Origin: Geosiphon pyriformis uo1
Lineage: Eukaryota > Fungi > Glomeromycota
Direction of reading: 5' to 3'
DNA length: 64,000 bases
NCBI GenBank assembly: GCA_016748015.1
Contig: JAAOMT010000657.1
Coordinates: 62,001 to 126,000, forward strand
Below the pieces are notes generated by a model. It did not search any database and was not told where the DNA came from. It saw only the letters and a list, made by a program, of their open reading frames with translations. Positions within the stretch are counted from its first letter, which is position 1. Each line of letters opens with the position of its first letter. The translations under genes were made by a program, and so were the position numbers. Positions 1-12,560 of the stretch are shown here, piece by piece.

Positions 1-2995
1 AAAAAAATAAGACAGCATCTTGTGTTTAGCTTGTAAAGATACTCTCTTAGATGAAGAGATGTGAAAAGACATTCTTGAAAGAGGAGGAGCATGTGACGAG
101 ACATGCCAATACACAATCCTGATTAACAACTGGGTACAAAAGGGAACACCCATCGACAATGCCTAGAAATAAGCATTAAGACGCCTGGAAAAATACCCAC
201 ACAATGAAGATGAAATCTGGAGAATGGCATATGCTATGTTAGAAGACGCCACAACAGAGGAGCTGAGAGAAATTAAAAACAATTCACTATCTCTACCTGA
301 GCCTGAATATGTCCAAACTTTCAATGCCTTTAGTGACATTGAAGACGATCCAGAGAAATTTCATGAGCACTACCAACAATTAGCATCCACAAAAAAGGAA
401 CAGAAGCAATGCTTAGAAGAGATAAACACCTGACTATGTGACCACTGTTTGATCTCATGTGACTTCCAGTATTGTGATAAGTGTAACCTCATCTACAATC
501 CACCACTACGCATGATCTACACGATCCCAGAAGAAAAAGAACCAATCAACAGCTGTGCATCAGAATCAGAATTGCTGATCAATCGTGCTTCAAACTCCGA
601 TGATGATGACAATAACAACAGTTCGAGCTCTGGTCAAGATGGCAATGACAATGACAACAGTATAAACTCAGATTCAAACTCTGATTCAGGCCCCGAACAA
701 TATATTACACTCCCTGACCTCACCAAAAACCAAGAACTTAAATGGTTTAGTGATAATAACGAAGGTATCATGTCAGAACGAGTGCATAATACTGATGCAG
801 AGTTTAATCTAAGGTATTCAGAAAAAGATGCCATCAAATTGGAACCACATTCACACATCTGCCTTGATTTGAAAATAGTGCTGGAAATTCCAGCAACAAC
901 AATGGTTCAATTAGCATCTAGAAATAGTTTAGTGAAAAGAGGGATTAATATAAGAGAAGGAATAATTGATGTGAGATATATAGGAAATATTATCGCTATG
1001 CTACAAAATGACTCAGAAAAGACCTATATAATAGAGTCCAACAAAAAGATAGCACAGGCAATATTCCTGTCTCTGGTTAGAGTAGCTCAGTTAGTATCAG
1101 TGGGAAAGAAGGAGGAATTAGGAATAACAGCGAAAAGAATACAGGGATTTGAATCAACAGGTAGAATAGATATGCCAGTCAATATGGCAGAAGAAAAAAT
1201 TGTTGGCCAAGGAGAAATTATCTCAACTGGTCAAGCAATTTCCATTCCATCATATGACCAGTACATGATAACAATAGAGAGGAAGGTAAAAGACCAAGCA
1301 CAAATTTTTGAAGCAGAAGCAAGTCTTTGTGAATCAGGAGAAGTTGGACTCATCAATCTCCACATACCAGTCAAGAACTATAACCACATCAAAATTTCCA
1401 TTTACAACAACACTGGAAATATTGTCAATATACTGGAAAGAACTATCATCAGATATTTGACCATAGAAATAGAGAATCAATCACTAAACACCATTCCAGA
1501 CTTTCCACAGCTTTGTGAATATGTCAATATCACATCACAAACAATATATGGACAAAGCAAATGTTATTTGTTCCAACCAGAACAGTTGGAACAAATGAAC
1601 ATAGGAAACTTAGATTCACTCCAACGTATGTAACTTAAGATGTTGCTCAATAATTTCAACGACATCTTTGCCAGTGAAAACAAATTTGGCCGAACTGACA
1701 TCATCCAGCATCAGATCAAGACTGGAGATACAATGCCAATTAAACAAAGAGCATACAGAGTACTACCAGCCAGCCATAAGATTATCCATCAAGAGATAAA
1801 CCGAATGCTTGACAATGGGCTAATTCAGCCATCAATAAGCTTATGGTCATCACCAGTGGTACTCGTCTGAAAAAAGAATGAGAAAATTCACTTTTGTGTA
1901 GATTATAGAAAACTCAATGGAGTAACTTGTAGAGATAGCTACCTCATGCCATGAATCCAAGAATTATTCAATGCTTTTGGTGGAAACAAATGGTTTTCAA
2001 CATTAGATCTGGACAGTGGTTATTGGCAAGTAGCCATGGATCCAGCCAACAAAGAGAAAACAGCATTCACCACAAGGAAAGAGAATTTCGAATTTGAAGT
2101 AATGCCATTTGGCTTAACCAATGTTCCAACAACTTTCCAACAGCTAATGGAAATCATTTATACTGGCTTATTGTGGAAATCAGTAGTTGTATACTTGGAC
2201 AACACCAATGTATTCTCAAAAACATTTGATGATAATCTTCATTATCTTCAACAAGTGTTCGAAAGATTAAGAAGAGCAGAACTAAAGTTAAATGCAACAA
2301 AGTGCTTCTTCAGCAAGACAAAACTAAAATTCTTGGAACACATAGTCAGCAAAAATGGCATCAAAATGGATCCAGAGAAAATAGAGATAGTAAAGAACTC
2401 TTAAGTGCTGGCCAATATGACAGAACTGAAATTATTCTTGGAATTCACCAGCTACTATCAGCATTTTATCAAGAACTTTTCTAAGATAGCACAGCCACTC
2501 AACCAACTGCAAACCAAGAATACAAAATATGAATGGACAGAAAGTTAACAAGAAGCTTTTAATATTCTGAAAAGAAAGCTTATTCAAGCTCCAGTACTGA
2601 TTTATTCAGATCACAGCAAATCATTCATTATCACTACTGATGCATCTGGCCAAGCATTAGGAGCAGTATTATCTCAGAGAGAACCAGATGGCAGGAAACA
2701 TCCAGTAGCATATGCTAACAGAGATTTAACACCAGCTGAAAAGAACTATAGAACACCAGAATAAGAATACTTAGCAATATACTGAGCAGTCATAAAATGG
2801 AAAAAATACTTGAGCCAGAAGTTTGAAGTATACACAGATCACAAAGGATTAACATCACTTCAAAAACAAGAATTTGGAGATGAAAGACAGTCAAAATGGA
2901 AAATGGCACTTGCACCATATAATTATACTATACATTATAAAAAAAGAAAAGACAACAGAAATGCTGACAGTTTGTCGCAAATGAGACAAATCTAA
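1..2995 (+). pseudogene. pol: GypA-1 pol (Cys-rich region, dUTPase, RT, RNase H), many stops; ends at conserved TAA after NADSLSQMRQI
   Basis: SPVVLV, DYRKLN, MPFGLTN, YLDN(T), TDAS, VYTDHK and NADSLS motifs across ORFs 449-2995. Confidence 0.92.
743..1162 (+). pseudogene. dUTPase domain within GypA-1 pol (degenerate)
   Basis: HNTDAEFNL (AGFDL), ASRNSL (RSS/G), GIIDVRYIGNI (GxIDxxYxG), KIAQ and RIQGFESTG (RGxxGFGSTG): the five trimeric dUTPase motifs in order. Confidence 0.88.
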
Positions 2996-3058
2996 AGAAC
3001 AGTTCAATCCAAAAATATAACAAAACCAGAACAATATCTACAAAAAACATAACAAAAG

Positions 3059-4440
3059 ATAAACATACAAAAATATCAACAACTGCAACATTATATAAAC
3101 ACTTAACAGTTCAAGGAGAATTTATCTCAAACAGAACAAAAGAGTATTAAACAACAATCAAAATATTTTATCACTAACCAAAATATACTGTATCAAAAAA
3201 ATAGAAGAGATCTAAAGCAACCAACTAGAGTAATTACAGAGCCAGAAAAAGAGACAATATTATTCAACATGTACTCAAATCCAACAGCAGGACACTTTCA
3301 CAAAGAAGCAACCATGGAAAGAACCAGAAAAAAATACTATTGGCCATTAATATATCCAGATATCATCCAATATGTTCAAAATTGTGATGCTTGTCAGTGA
3401 AAAGAAGGAACAAGACCCAGTAAACCATTAAGACCAATCAAAGTGGGACAACTATTCGACCGGATTGGAATTGATTTAGTCGGACCATTAACAATTACCA
3501 GCAGAGGAAACAGGTACATAACAATAGCCATAGACTATCTCACTAAATGGCCAGAGGTGAAAGCAATTCAAAAAGCAGATGCAAAATCTGTTGTCAAATT
3601 TGTTCATCAAGATTTAATTTGTCAACACAGATGTCCAAAGGAATTATTATCAGACTAAAGAACTCATTTTGTGAACAAAACATTAACAGAATTGAGCCAA
3701 AGATTCGGAATTAAGAGACCACTATCATCACCATACCATTCACAAACCAATAGATTAGTCGAAAAATTCAACAGAACATTGTGTGAAGCAATAGCTAAAC
3801 TCAGCCAAAAAAACCAAAATGATTGGGATTTGTTGATATTATCAATACTATTTGCTTATCAGACAATGAAGCAAGATACTACACAAGCAACATCATTTGA
3901 ATTAGTATATGGTAGAACAACAACACTACCAGTGGAAATAGAAGTCAACACATACCCAACTAAACCAATAACAGAAAAAAATTTCAAAAACACATTGTTG
4001 AGAAGAACATATGACTTAATGGAAACATTAGAAAACAAACGACGAAGAACAGCTGATAACATACAAAGATCACAAGAAAAACAAAAAGAAAGACATGATA
4101 ACCAACTACCAGATAAACCAGTTGAGTTCAGGATTGGAGACAAAGTACTACTACATCGTACCAAAGTGGAAAAACAATGGAGTGGAAAATTTGACTCCAA
4201 ATGGGATGGACCATTTCACATAGAAGAAATTCTAGGAAATAGAGCTTACAAATTAAGATTAATAACAAAATCTTGACCAAAGCAGCACATGGAGATCAAC
4301 TGAAACCCTACCACTATACAGCATCATCATCCACCAGTAATATTCCACAATTAAGAGTACAGAGAATACTAGTTCAATCAAATAAGATTTCATGAGATCT
4401 GAAACCAATCATTATCATTGACAACAACACATCCAATTGA
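3059..4440 (+). pseudogene. GypA-1 integrase as a separate ORF (start ATG decayed to ATA); HHCC, DDE and GPF modules
   Basis: GHF...CDAC, IGIDLVGP, LLSD, VEKFNRTL, WDGPF; ATG is intact in GypA-3 at 24403-24405. Confidence 0.88.
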
Positions 4441-4493
4441 TTGACAAAAGAATATATAAGAACATGGTCAATGCGACAGAAGAGATCAGAAAA

Positions 4494-5123
4494 ATGGAAA
4501 TTACAGACAATATCCATTCACTAATCCAACAAATTTTTCAATTAATCCAACACTAGGAGATGGAAATTACAATCAATCAACAAACCATTCATTACAAAAA
4601 TACAGCAAAGATACCACAAAACAAAGCACAAAAAAAACTTGAAAATGTTGTTGACAAGATCATGACCAAAATAAAATTGGCCATAAAAGAACAATAAATA
4701 GTCGGATTACACAAAGAACTTACCAGAGAAACTTGGACTTGGTGGACACAACAATTTCCAAAAAATTATTGTTACTTTTACTTGGGACAACATGTAAATA
4801 TCCAGAACTTATATACAGATAAAACAAAGTGGTTATTTGACACAACAATACTATAACAACTAGAACATTTTGTAAAGAAAAACAACTTATCTACACAAGC
4901 TTGAGCTATATACTAAATACACACAGCATTTCAGGATTGACCAGGAATCCTACTCAACAAAGCAATAAATACAGTTACCAATAATCAATTGAGAAAAATT
5001 ACCAATGCTCAATTTGAAAAATTACAGACTCAAATAACACAAGTAATTCTCGAAAACGAAATTCAGGAAATACTTCAAGAGGGAGAATTAAAAGAATTTG
5101 ATTTCAATGGAGCTCAATATTAA
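4494..5123 (+). pseudogene. GypA-1 ORF3, ~209 aa, unknown function
   Basis: Manual translation MEITDNIHSL...YFYLGQ...QFEKL...GAQY* stays in one frame; internal stops are explainable as C>T changes; homolog at 22341-22969 (-). Confidence 0.75.
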
Positions 5124-5133
5124 AAGGAGGGGA
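5122..5133 (+). promoter_or_regulatory. GypA polypurine tract
   Basis: AAAAGGAGGGGA ending 3 nt before the LTR start TGTTA. Confidence 0.85.
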
Positions 5134-5136
5134 TAA

Positions 5137-6034
5137 TGTTATTCATAGAATATAGGAAATATAGTATTATTAGTCAGTAGATATTAACCAATCAGATGTG
5201 GATGTAGTAAAATGTGGAATTCTAAGATTCTTCTCAAGAATTGCAGGATTCCAGGAATTACAAGATTCTCACACAAGAAATTGCAGGATTCCAGAATTCC
5301 AGGATTCCTCTCAAAGGAATTGCAGGATTCCAAGAATTCCAGAATTCCTGTCGTAAAGAATTGAGGAATTGAGGAATCTCAATTATGTATATATAGCAGT
5401 AGTGTTAGAAGTTGAAAAAGAGACATCTGAGTTTAGATTTAATCTAAGCAACCCTCTACATCACAAATATCAATAAATAACTATTTTTATACCTTAATTT
5501 ATCCTCCACTATCAACTTCATGTTGATAGTAACAAATACTTAAACATGCTGGAACAATAGCTCTTGATCACAGTTATTAATAGGATACTAATCAAAAATT
5601 GCCTTGGCTCATTTTTTTATTTTATTTCTGTTTTTTTTATTTCTTTTCTTTATTTTATTTTCTTTGTTGTTGTATACTAATTGATTAAAAAATTAAGTGC
5701 TGAGTTATTGACATCAAGGATAGCCTGGTAAAAGACTCAGAAATAAGGGTAAGATTTTTATATATTATTGGATAGCTTACCAGAAAGGCACGACTACCAG
5801 ACTAAATCCAGCCACCACAATAAGAAAGAAATTGGGAAAACTCTCAAAAGAATACATTTACTATTGATGCTATTAAATCTCTGTTCATTATATAAAGAAC
5901 TCAACCAAAACCTTCAGATCACATAAAACCTTCGGAATTACTACCACCCACATCAACAGAAATCAACATAGCTTTTGAGCACCAAGTTACAGGTTTGTTA
6001 TTTAATTCCACAGCAAAAATAATCACCTGTAACA
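5137..6034 (+). repeat. GypA-1 3' LTR
   Basis: TGTTA...GTAACA; TATA at 5388-5395, AATAAA at ~5472; homologous to 21481-22327 (-) and 16565-16821. Confidence 0.88.
5213..5380 (+). repeat. U3 tandem repeats of the GypA LTR (GAATTGCAGGATTCCAGGAATT-like units)
   Basis: About 4 degenerate 35-40 bp units; also present at 22090-22260 (-). Confidence 0.75.
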
Positions 6035-7148
6035 ACATTGATCATTGGTTGGGTTGAAGGCTCATCAATTTTTCTGCCAATTGCTTTAAAGAAGTGTTTG
6101 GTAATTACACTAACAGATGATCCACTGTCTAGGATCAAGTCAATGAATTAACCAGCCACTTGTGCTTTGTAAATTAGAGGAGTAACATTGCTGTTGTCAG
6201 CAAGTCCAGCTTGGCGAGAACATTTATTGGTCTTTGGTGTTTTTTTCTTGGTGATTAGAGATTTGTGGAGATCTTTTCTGAACTGTGGATGGGTTATTAA
6301 CTGGCCAAAGATAATGTGTGCTAAGGTTTCCATGAGATTTTTGACAACAGAATAAGGTTCAGATTTTTGTACTATTTCTGGTGGTTCTAGCTTTGGAGGA
6401 TTTTTAAAAACTTTAGCCTTTAGTGGTTCATTATTATCAGCAGTTGATATGAATGGTTTGTTTGGATCCAAAATGAAATCAACCTTGGTTTTTTTCTTTT
6501 TCCTTGTTGATTCTGTGGTGTTAATTGCTAGTTCATTCATGTCATGATCATTATCAGTTAAGTTAAAGGTGTAAAAGAGGTTTTTTTCTGGTTGGCTTGT
6601 ACTCTTATCCTTTAAAAGTGTGCCTACCAGTTTAAAGGCTGATAAACAGTGGCTTCAACTAGGGAATCCTCTCCAAAGAAATTGATATTGGTATGATTAA
6701 GTCTTTGATTGGGGGCGTTGTTGTTAATGGTTCTGTTGTTTTGGTTATCATTGTTTCTGGAAGCTAGAGGGGGTAAGGGAAGATTGTTGCAATCTCTTGA
6801 AAAATGTCCAGTTAATCCACAGTGATAGCACACAAGTGGGCCACAATTTTGTTGTCTTTGATAAAGTGGTTGCTGAGATTGATTGAAACATGGTTCAAAT
6901 CTGGGTCTTTGGAGTTGCTGGTTATCTCTGACTGCTTGGGCTAATGGTTCTAATAGCTGAGCAAGATTTGCTGTAAGTCTATCTATCAACTGTTCATTTG
7001 GGTCTTGAGTTTAGGCAGCAAAAGAAGTAGCAGCTATTTGAGGAGCAGAAGTCATAACAGGAACAGGAGCAAAAACTGAAAGTGTCCAAATACATTCTTT
7101 GGTTGTCTTCAATTCGTTGGACAAGTTCAATAGCCATGTCCATTGTAG
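6035..7148 (-). mobile_element. GypB-1 left part (gag C-terminus, frameshift site, start of protease)
   Basis: CYHCGLTGHFSRDC knuckle, VYQPLNW*, LILDSG; interrupted by GypB-2 (TSD GTAG) and GypA-1. Confidence 0.9.
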
Positions 7149-7825
7149 TGTTACAGGTTGGAGTAACAAATTAACGGATAGCAAGGGAAAACAGGATTGT
7201 AGGATGATGGAAATAATTAAAGAGAATTTCAATTTTAAAGAGCAAATTGAATAAGTATGGATTCAATATATAAGATCAGTCTCATAAAATATCTCAATTG
7301 CTATTCTTTTCAAAGGTAACTAGGGAATCTGAAAGTAGAGAGATAGTCTGTATTGTCAACAATTGATCACCACTGGTATAATTCTATGCCTTATGTCAGC
7401 ACTCTTAGAATTCAATATCAGGTATTAACTTGTGCTTTTCAGTCACATTTATTTAAATAATCTTCAAATGCTACAATTATATACATCAGAAAAAGGCCAA
7501 CAAGTAATCTTTTATCTTTAAAATGTTCAGATACTTGAAGGTAGGGAAAGGGAAATTAGCGATAAGAGAAAAATTGAGATGAAAGTTGTTATTTTATTTA
7601 TTTTTGATTATTCAGATGCTTGTTATTATATGCTTTTCTATAGCTAAGAGATTTATCACTTATATAGTTATCAAAAGTGTTCAATGATCAGGTCAATAAT
7701 CAGGTCAACGGTCAGGTCATTGATCAGGTCAATGATCACTTTCTAAAAATAGTGTGGCTAATCATATGACATTAGTGGCTAATATATGTAATAATTAATA
7801 AGAAGTATAGATCTCAACCATAATA
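7149..7825 (-). repeat. GypB-2 3' LTR
   Basis: Matches 14157-14833. Confidence 0.92.
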
Positions 7826-8450
7826 TCATTCTTTCCAAAGAAATTGAGCTTTGGCAAAATCAAGCTATTTATAGTGTAATCTATTTGAAAAGTGTTATCT
7901 AACTCAAAGCTAACTAATTTATTAAAGTCTTTTGTAGATAGGGTGTATAATACTTGAGGCAAAATGAGTTTTGTATTCAAGAGACCAAATCTTTGTATTA
8001 GAGTTTTGGCTCTTCTAGCAATGATTAAAACTCTTGGAACATCCAATCATATAATGCCCAAAATTTCTGCCTGTATCTCTGAAGTTGTTTTCTTTATAAG
8101 CTTTATATCATCTATGATTTTACTAAGGCGACCATAGAGTTCTAGTTGTCTTCCATATAACAAGTTTTTGTCTATAGGTAAGATTTCTTTAATTGTTTTT
8201 CCAAGTGTGGTGGAAGGTATGAGTATTGCTGCTGTTATACTTTCTAGCAGATATTTATTTATTTTGCTACCAATTTTTTTTTTCTGGTAGTTGTTTTCTT
8301 TGGTCTAATAACAGTATGTGTTCCACTGCTATCAATTATGGTAGTCTGTTTTCTAATAGTCAAAGTAGCATTTGGATAGTTTTTAATCCAATACTCATGG
8401 AGAGTATAGAAGGCATTTTGAATGTTTTGATCCAGAAAATAATTGTTTAT
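7795..8450 (-). pseudogene. GypB-2 ORF3 (broken)
   Basis: ORF fragments 8259-8546 and 7795-8046 match the intact ORF3 at 34578-35234. Confidence 0.85.
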
Positions 8451-8491
8451 GTTGATTAAAGATACCTCTGTTTTGGGAATGGTGTGTTTAT

Positions 8492-9805
8492 TTATACTTG
8501 ATTTTTGTTGATCATTTGAGTTGGTATTACCACAACAGGCAACCAATCAGATCATTTGTGATATTTTTTGAATTGTGTGCTGTGAACAGGTCGATCATTA
8601 AAGATTGTTTTAGATTGATCTTGAAGAATATAAGAACTATTGTTCAAAACTTTGTTGATTATAAAGAGTCCTTTTTACCAGCTAGAAAATTTATTACCAT
8701 AGACATTGTCTCTGTCTAAATAGTATTTTAATACCAAGTCACCAACACTTAAAAAAAGTGTTTTATAGGTTTTCTTCTTTTTAAGCTTTTCTTGAAACTG
8801 TTTTATCTTTTCAAAAGCAACTATTTGTGCTTTTACCAATAAGTCAAGAATGGTACCAAGTCTTCTTTGCAAAATTTCTTTGTAATTTGCTATTGTGATC
8901 TCTTCAAAAGGTATTGTCTCAATGTTAGTTTCTATTGGTAGTGTTGCCATGCATCCATAGAGTAGATAAAAAGGTTCATAATTTGTTATGTCATGATTTA
9001 CAGTTCTATAAGCAAACAAAGCTGAAGGCAGTACTTTGTCTCATAAGTTTGTTTCTTCACTTGTTTTGGCTAGAGTTTCACATAGTGTTCTATTAAAACG
9101 TTCTACTAGATTATTTGTTTAGGGGTGATAAGAGGAGAAAAGTTTGTAATGTATTCCCATTTTTCTACAAAGTTCTTCAATCAGTGTACTGAGAAAAACT
9201 TTTCCTTTATCAGATAAATGTTCTCTGGAGCAGCCATGATGGCAGATAATATCTTCATAAATGAAATTGGCTATTGAGACTGCTATTTGGTCTGAAGTGG
9301 CTCTTGCTTCTATCCACTTTGTAAGATAGTCAATAGCTGTAATAATGTATTTGTTGTCATCAGAGGTTATTGTTAATGGTCTAACAGCATCTATACCAAT
9401 CCTGTTAAATAGTTGGCCAACAGAGATTGAATGGATATCTTTTTTTCTATTGGGTTTTTCTCTTTTTTGGCAGATATTACAGGTTTTAATGTACTCAGCA
9501 ATGTCTTTTCCCAAGGTAGGCCAATAATAGTGAGCTAGAGTTTTCTAAATTGTTTTTGTTTTCCCAAAGTGTCTAGCTAACAGATCAGTGTACATGTTAT
9601 AGATCACAATTTCTTTTTCTTCAAATCTTATAACTCTTTGGGAATGGTCAGGATTTTTTCTGTTTCTTTTGTATAGTTGGTTCTGGCAAATCAAATAGAA
9701 ATTTGATTGTTTGCACAAATGTTCTTTTTGCTGTCGATTGTATTCCAATGGGTATTGTCCTTTACCTAAAAATTCCATTAAGGCAGATTAGTTGTCTAAG
9801 TCTAT
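8492..9805 (-). pseudogene. GypB-2 integrase (separate ORF, broken)
   Basis: HFG...CNIC, IGIDAV, LSDKG fragments. Confidence 0.88.
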
Positions 9806-9870
9806 TATCGTGTTTGGTTGTAAGAGAATTACTAATAATTAAGTTGGTTTGGTTTAAGGTAGTTGTACTG

Positions 9871-12560
9871 TCACTGAATAATAAGTCTAAAGAGAGTGTT
9901 GGTGTTTTGATAATGCACTCCTTTGTCATGTTGAATGTCATAGTCGAATTCGTCCAAGTGGAGTATCCAGCAAGTTATTCTTTTATATTTCAGCTTTTTT
10001 TTGTTGTGTAACCAAACCAAAGCTTGGTAATCTGTTACCACCAAAAACTTCACACCAAAGAAATACTTATCTCAGTAGCTGGTAGTCCAAACTACTGCTA
10101 AACATTCCTGCTTAGTAACTGAATAGTTCTTTTCTGTTGGTGTAAGGGTTCTACTGACATAGGCTATTGCATGTTCTCTGCCATCTTCATCTTTTTATGA
10201 AAGAACAGCACCAAGTCCATAACCAGATGCATCAGTGTAAAGGATGAAAGGTTGATTCAGATCAGGTTGTTTGAGAATAGGTTCTGTAACCAATTTTTCT
10301 TTGAGGGTTTTAAATGCTTTTTGCTGATGTGTGCTCCAATGGTAGTTGACATTTTTTCTGAGTAGCTGATTGAGTGGAGAGGCAATTTTGGAGAAATTCT
10401 TAACAAATTTGCGATAATAAGAGGCCAAACCAAGAAAAAAATGTAACTCATAAACATTCATTGGTTGTCTTATGTTCTGAACTTTTTCCACTTTGGCTGG
10501 ATCAGGAAAGATTCCATCTTTTGTAATAAGATGGCCAAGGAATTGGGTGAATTGTCTTCCAAAGAAAGATTTAATTGGGTTGATCTTGAGATCTGCATTT
10601 CTGAGAAAATCAAAAACCTTTTGCAAATGTTAAAGATGTTTATTACAGGTTTTTGAGTACACCATTATATTGTCCAAATAGACTAGAACAAAGTTTTCTT
10701 TTACTGATTCAAATACTTTATCCATTAAGTGTTGAAAGATGGGAGGGGCATTGGTAAGACCAAAAGGCATGATTGTGAATTCATAAGTGCCATACTTGGT
10801 AATAAAAATGGTTTTCTTCCAGCTTTCTGGATCCATCTCTACTTGCCAGAATCCAGCAGTTAGATCAATGATTGAAAAGAAAGCAGCATCTTTGAATTGG
10901 TCCAGCATTGTATCAATCTTAAGAAGTGGGTATATGTCTCTTTCAGTAATGGCATTTAATTGGCAGTAGTCAACACAGAAGTGTAGGGTTCTATCTTTCT
11001 TGGATACCACTAGAACTGGAAAAGTCTATTCACTCTTGGTTTCTTATATGAATTCAAGTTTTTTTATCTGGTTTATTTTTTTTTTAATAAACTCATCATT
11101 TTGGCGATTGAATTGGTAAGGCTTCAAATGAATGAGACAAGTTTCTCTGGTGGTAATAGTGTGTTGTATCACATGAGTTCATCTTAGAGTATCACCTTCT
11201 TTTGAGATAACTAGGCTGTTTCTTGTTAACAGATTTTCAATGTCTATCTTTTTTTCTTCTGGGGAGGGTTCTCTTTGTTTTACTACTAATAATTGGATCT
11301 CAGGTAGTTCATTTTCAAAAAACTTCTGTACTTTTTTTAATTCATCTCTTGGTATTAGGCTAACTGGTTCCCAATCTTTGTAATAGATCAGACATAATTT
11401 GTATTCATCACTTGGAGAATACAAAGGTTTATTGCACCAGCACTGGGCACAAAGGCCATGCCACCAATAATGGTACTTGGCTTTCTTGCCAGGCTTTTGG
11501 TCAAAGATTCTTCTAAGAATATTATATTAGGGCCAGCAGATCAGCTTGCCATTCACAATGATTCCTTCTTTGTCAGCTTTAATATTATCCAGTAGCTTGC
11601 CATTGCTGGTGAAGGTAGTGTATGCAAGTTCAGCAGTTTCTTCTTGTTCCTCTTGTTCTTCTTCTTTATTACTCTCTTCATCATCTGATTCATCTGATTG
11701 TTCTTTTTTTTGATTCTGTTTGTTTGCTGGGGGAGTTGTCCAATGACAGCATTTAACTACTATGGGCTTCTCACCATATCTGATGGTTAATTCACACAGT
11801 TCATAGTCGAGTAAGGCTTTTGTTTTCTTGAGCCACTCATTGTCAACAATGATGGTGTATTTTTTTGCTTCAGAAACCTCCATGTCAGTTTTAATACTGA
11901 TGTCATTGATGCGAACAGAAATAGTTTTAACAATACCAAGACTTTTTTTTTTATTGCCATGTACATTGGTTATAGATCTAGTAGAAGATTCGTCAATTTT
12001 TCTGCCAATTGCTTCTAAGAAATGTTTGGCAATGACACTCATGGATGATCTACTGTCTAAGATTAAGTCAATGAAATAACCAGCCACTTAGACTTTGCAA
12101 ATTAAAGGAGTAATGTTGCTGTTGTCAGCAAGTTCAGCTTGACAAGAGCATTTGTTGGTTTTTGGTATTTTCTTCTTAGGGATCAGAGATTTGTGAAGAT
12201 CTTTTCTAAACTGTGGATGGATCATCAGCTAGCCAAAGGTAATATGTGCTGGGGTTTCCATGAGATCTTTAACAACAGAATAAGGTCCAGATTTTTGTAC
12301 TATTTCTGGAGGTTTTAGCTTTGGAGGATTCTTAAAAACTTTAGCCTTTAGTGGCTCATTATTATCAACAGTTAATGTGGATGGTTTGTTTGGATCCAAA
12401 ACGAAATCAACCTTGGCTTTTTTCTTTTTCCTTGTTGATTCTGTGGTGTTAATTGCTAGTTCATTCCTGTCATGGTTATTATTAGTTAAGTTAAAGACAT
12501 AAAAGGAGTTTTCTTCTGATTGGCTTGCACTCTCACCCTTTGAAGGTGTGCCTACTAGTT
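9871..12560 (-). pseudogene. pol: GypB-2 pol: protease, Cys-rich insert, RT, RNase H
   Basis: LILDS, MPFGLTNAP, YLDN, YTDASG, VTDYQAL fragments. Confidence 0.9.

Larger units (their letters stand above)
1..6034 (+). mobile_element. GypA-1: Ty3/Gypsy LTR retrotransposon, 3' two-thirds (Cys-rich, dUTPase, RT, RH / INT / ORF3 / 3' LTR), inserted into the GypB-1 protease region
   Basis: Domain order RT-RH-INT; PPT followed by a TGTTA...TAACA LTR; GypB protease sequence resumes at 6035. Confidence 0.93.

Noticed and set aside
5213-5380. Heat-shock elements in GypA U3
   Set aside because: Only isolated TTCnnGAA pairs; no run of three alternating nGAAn units
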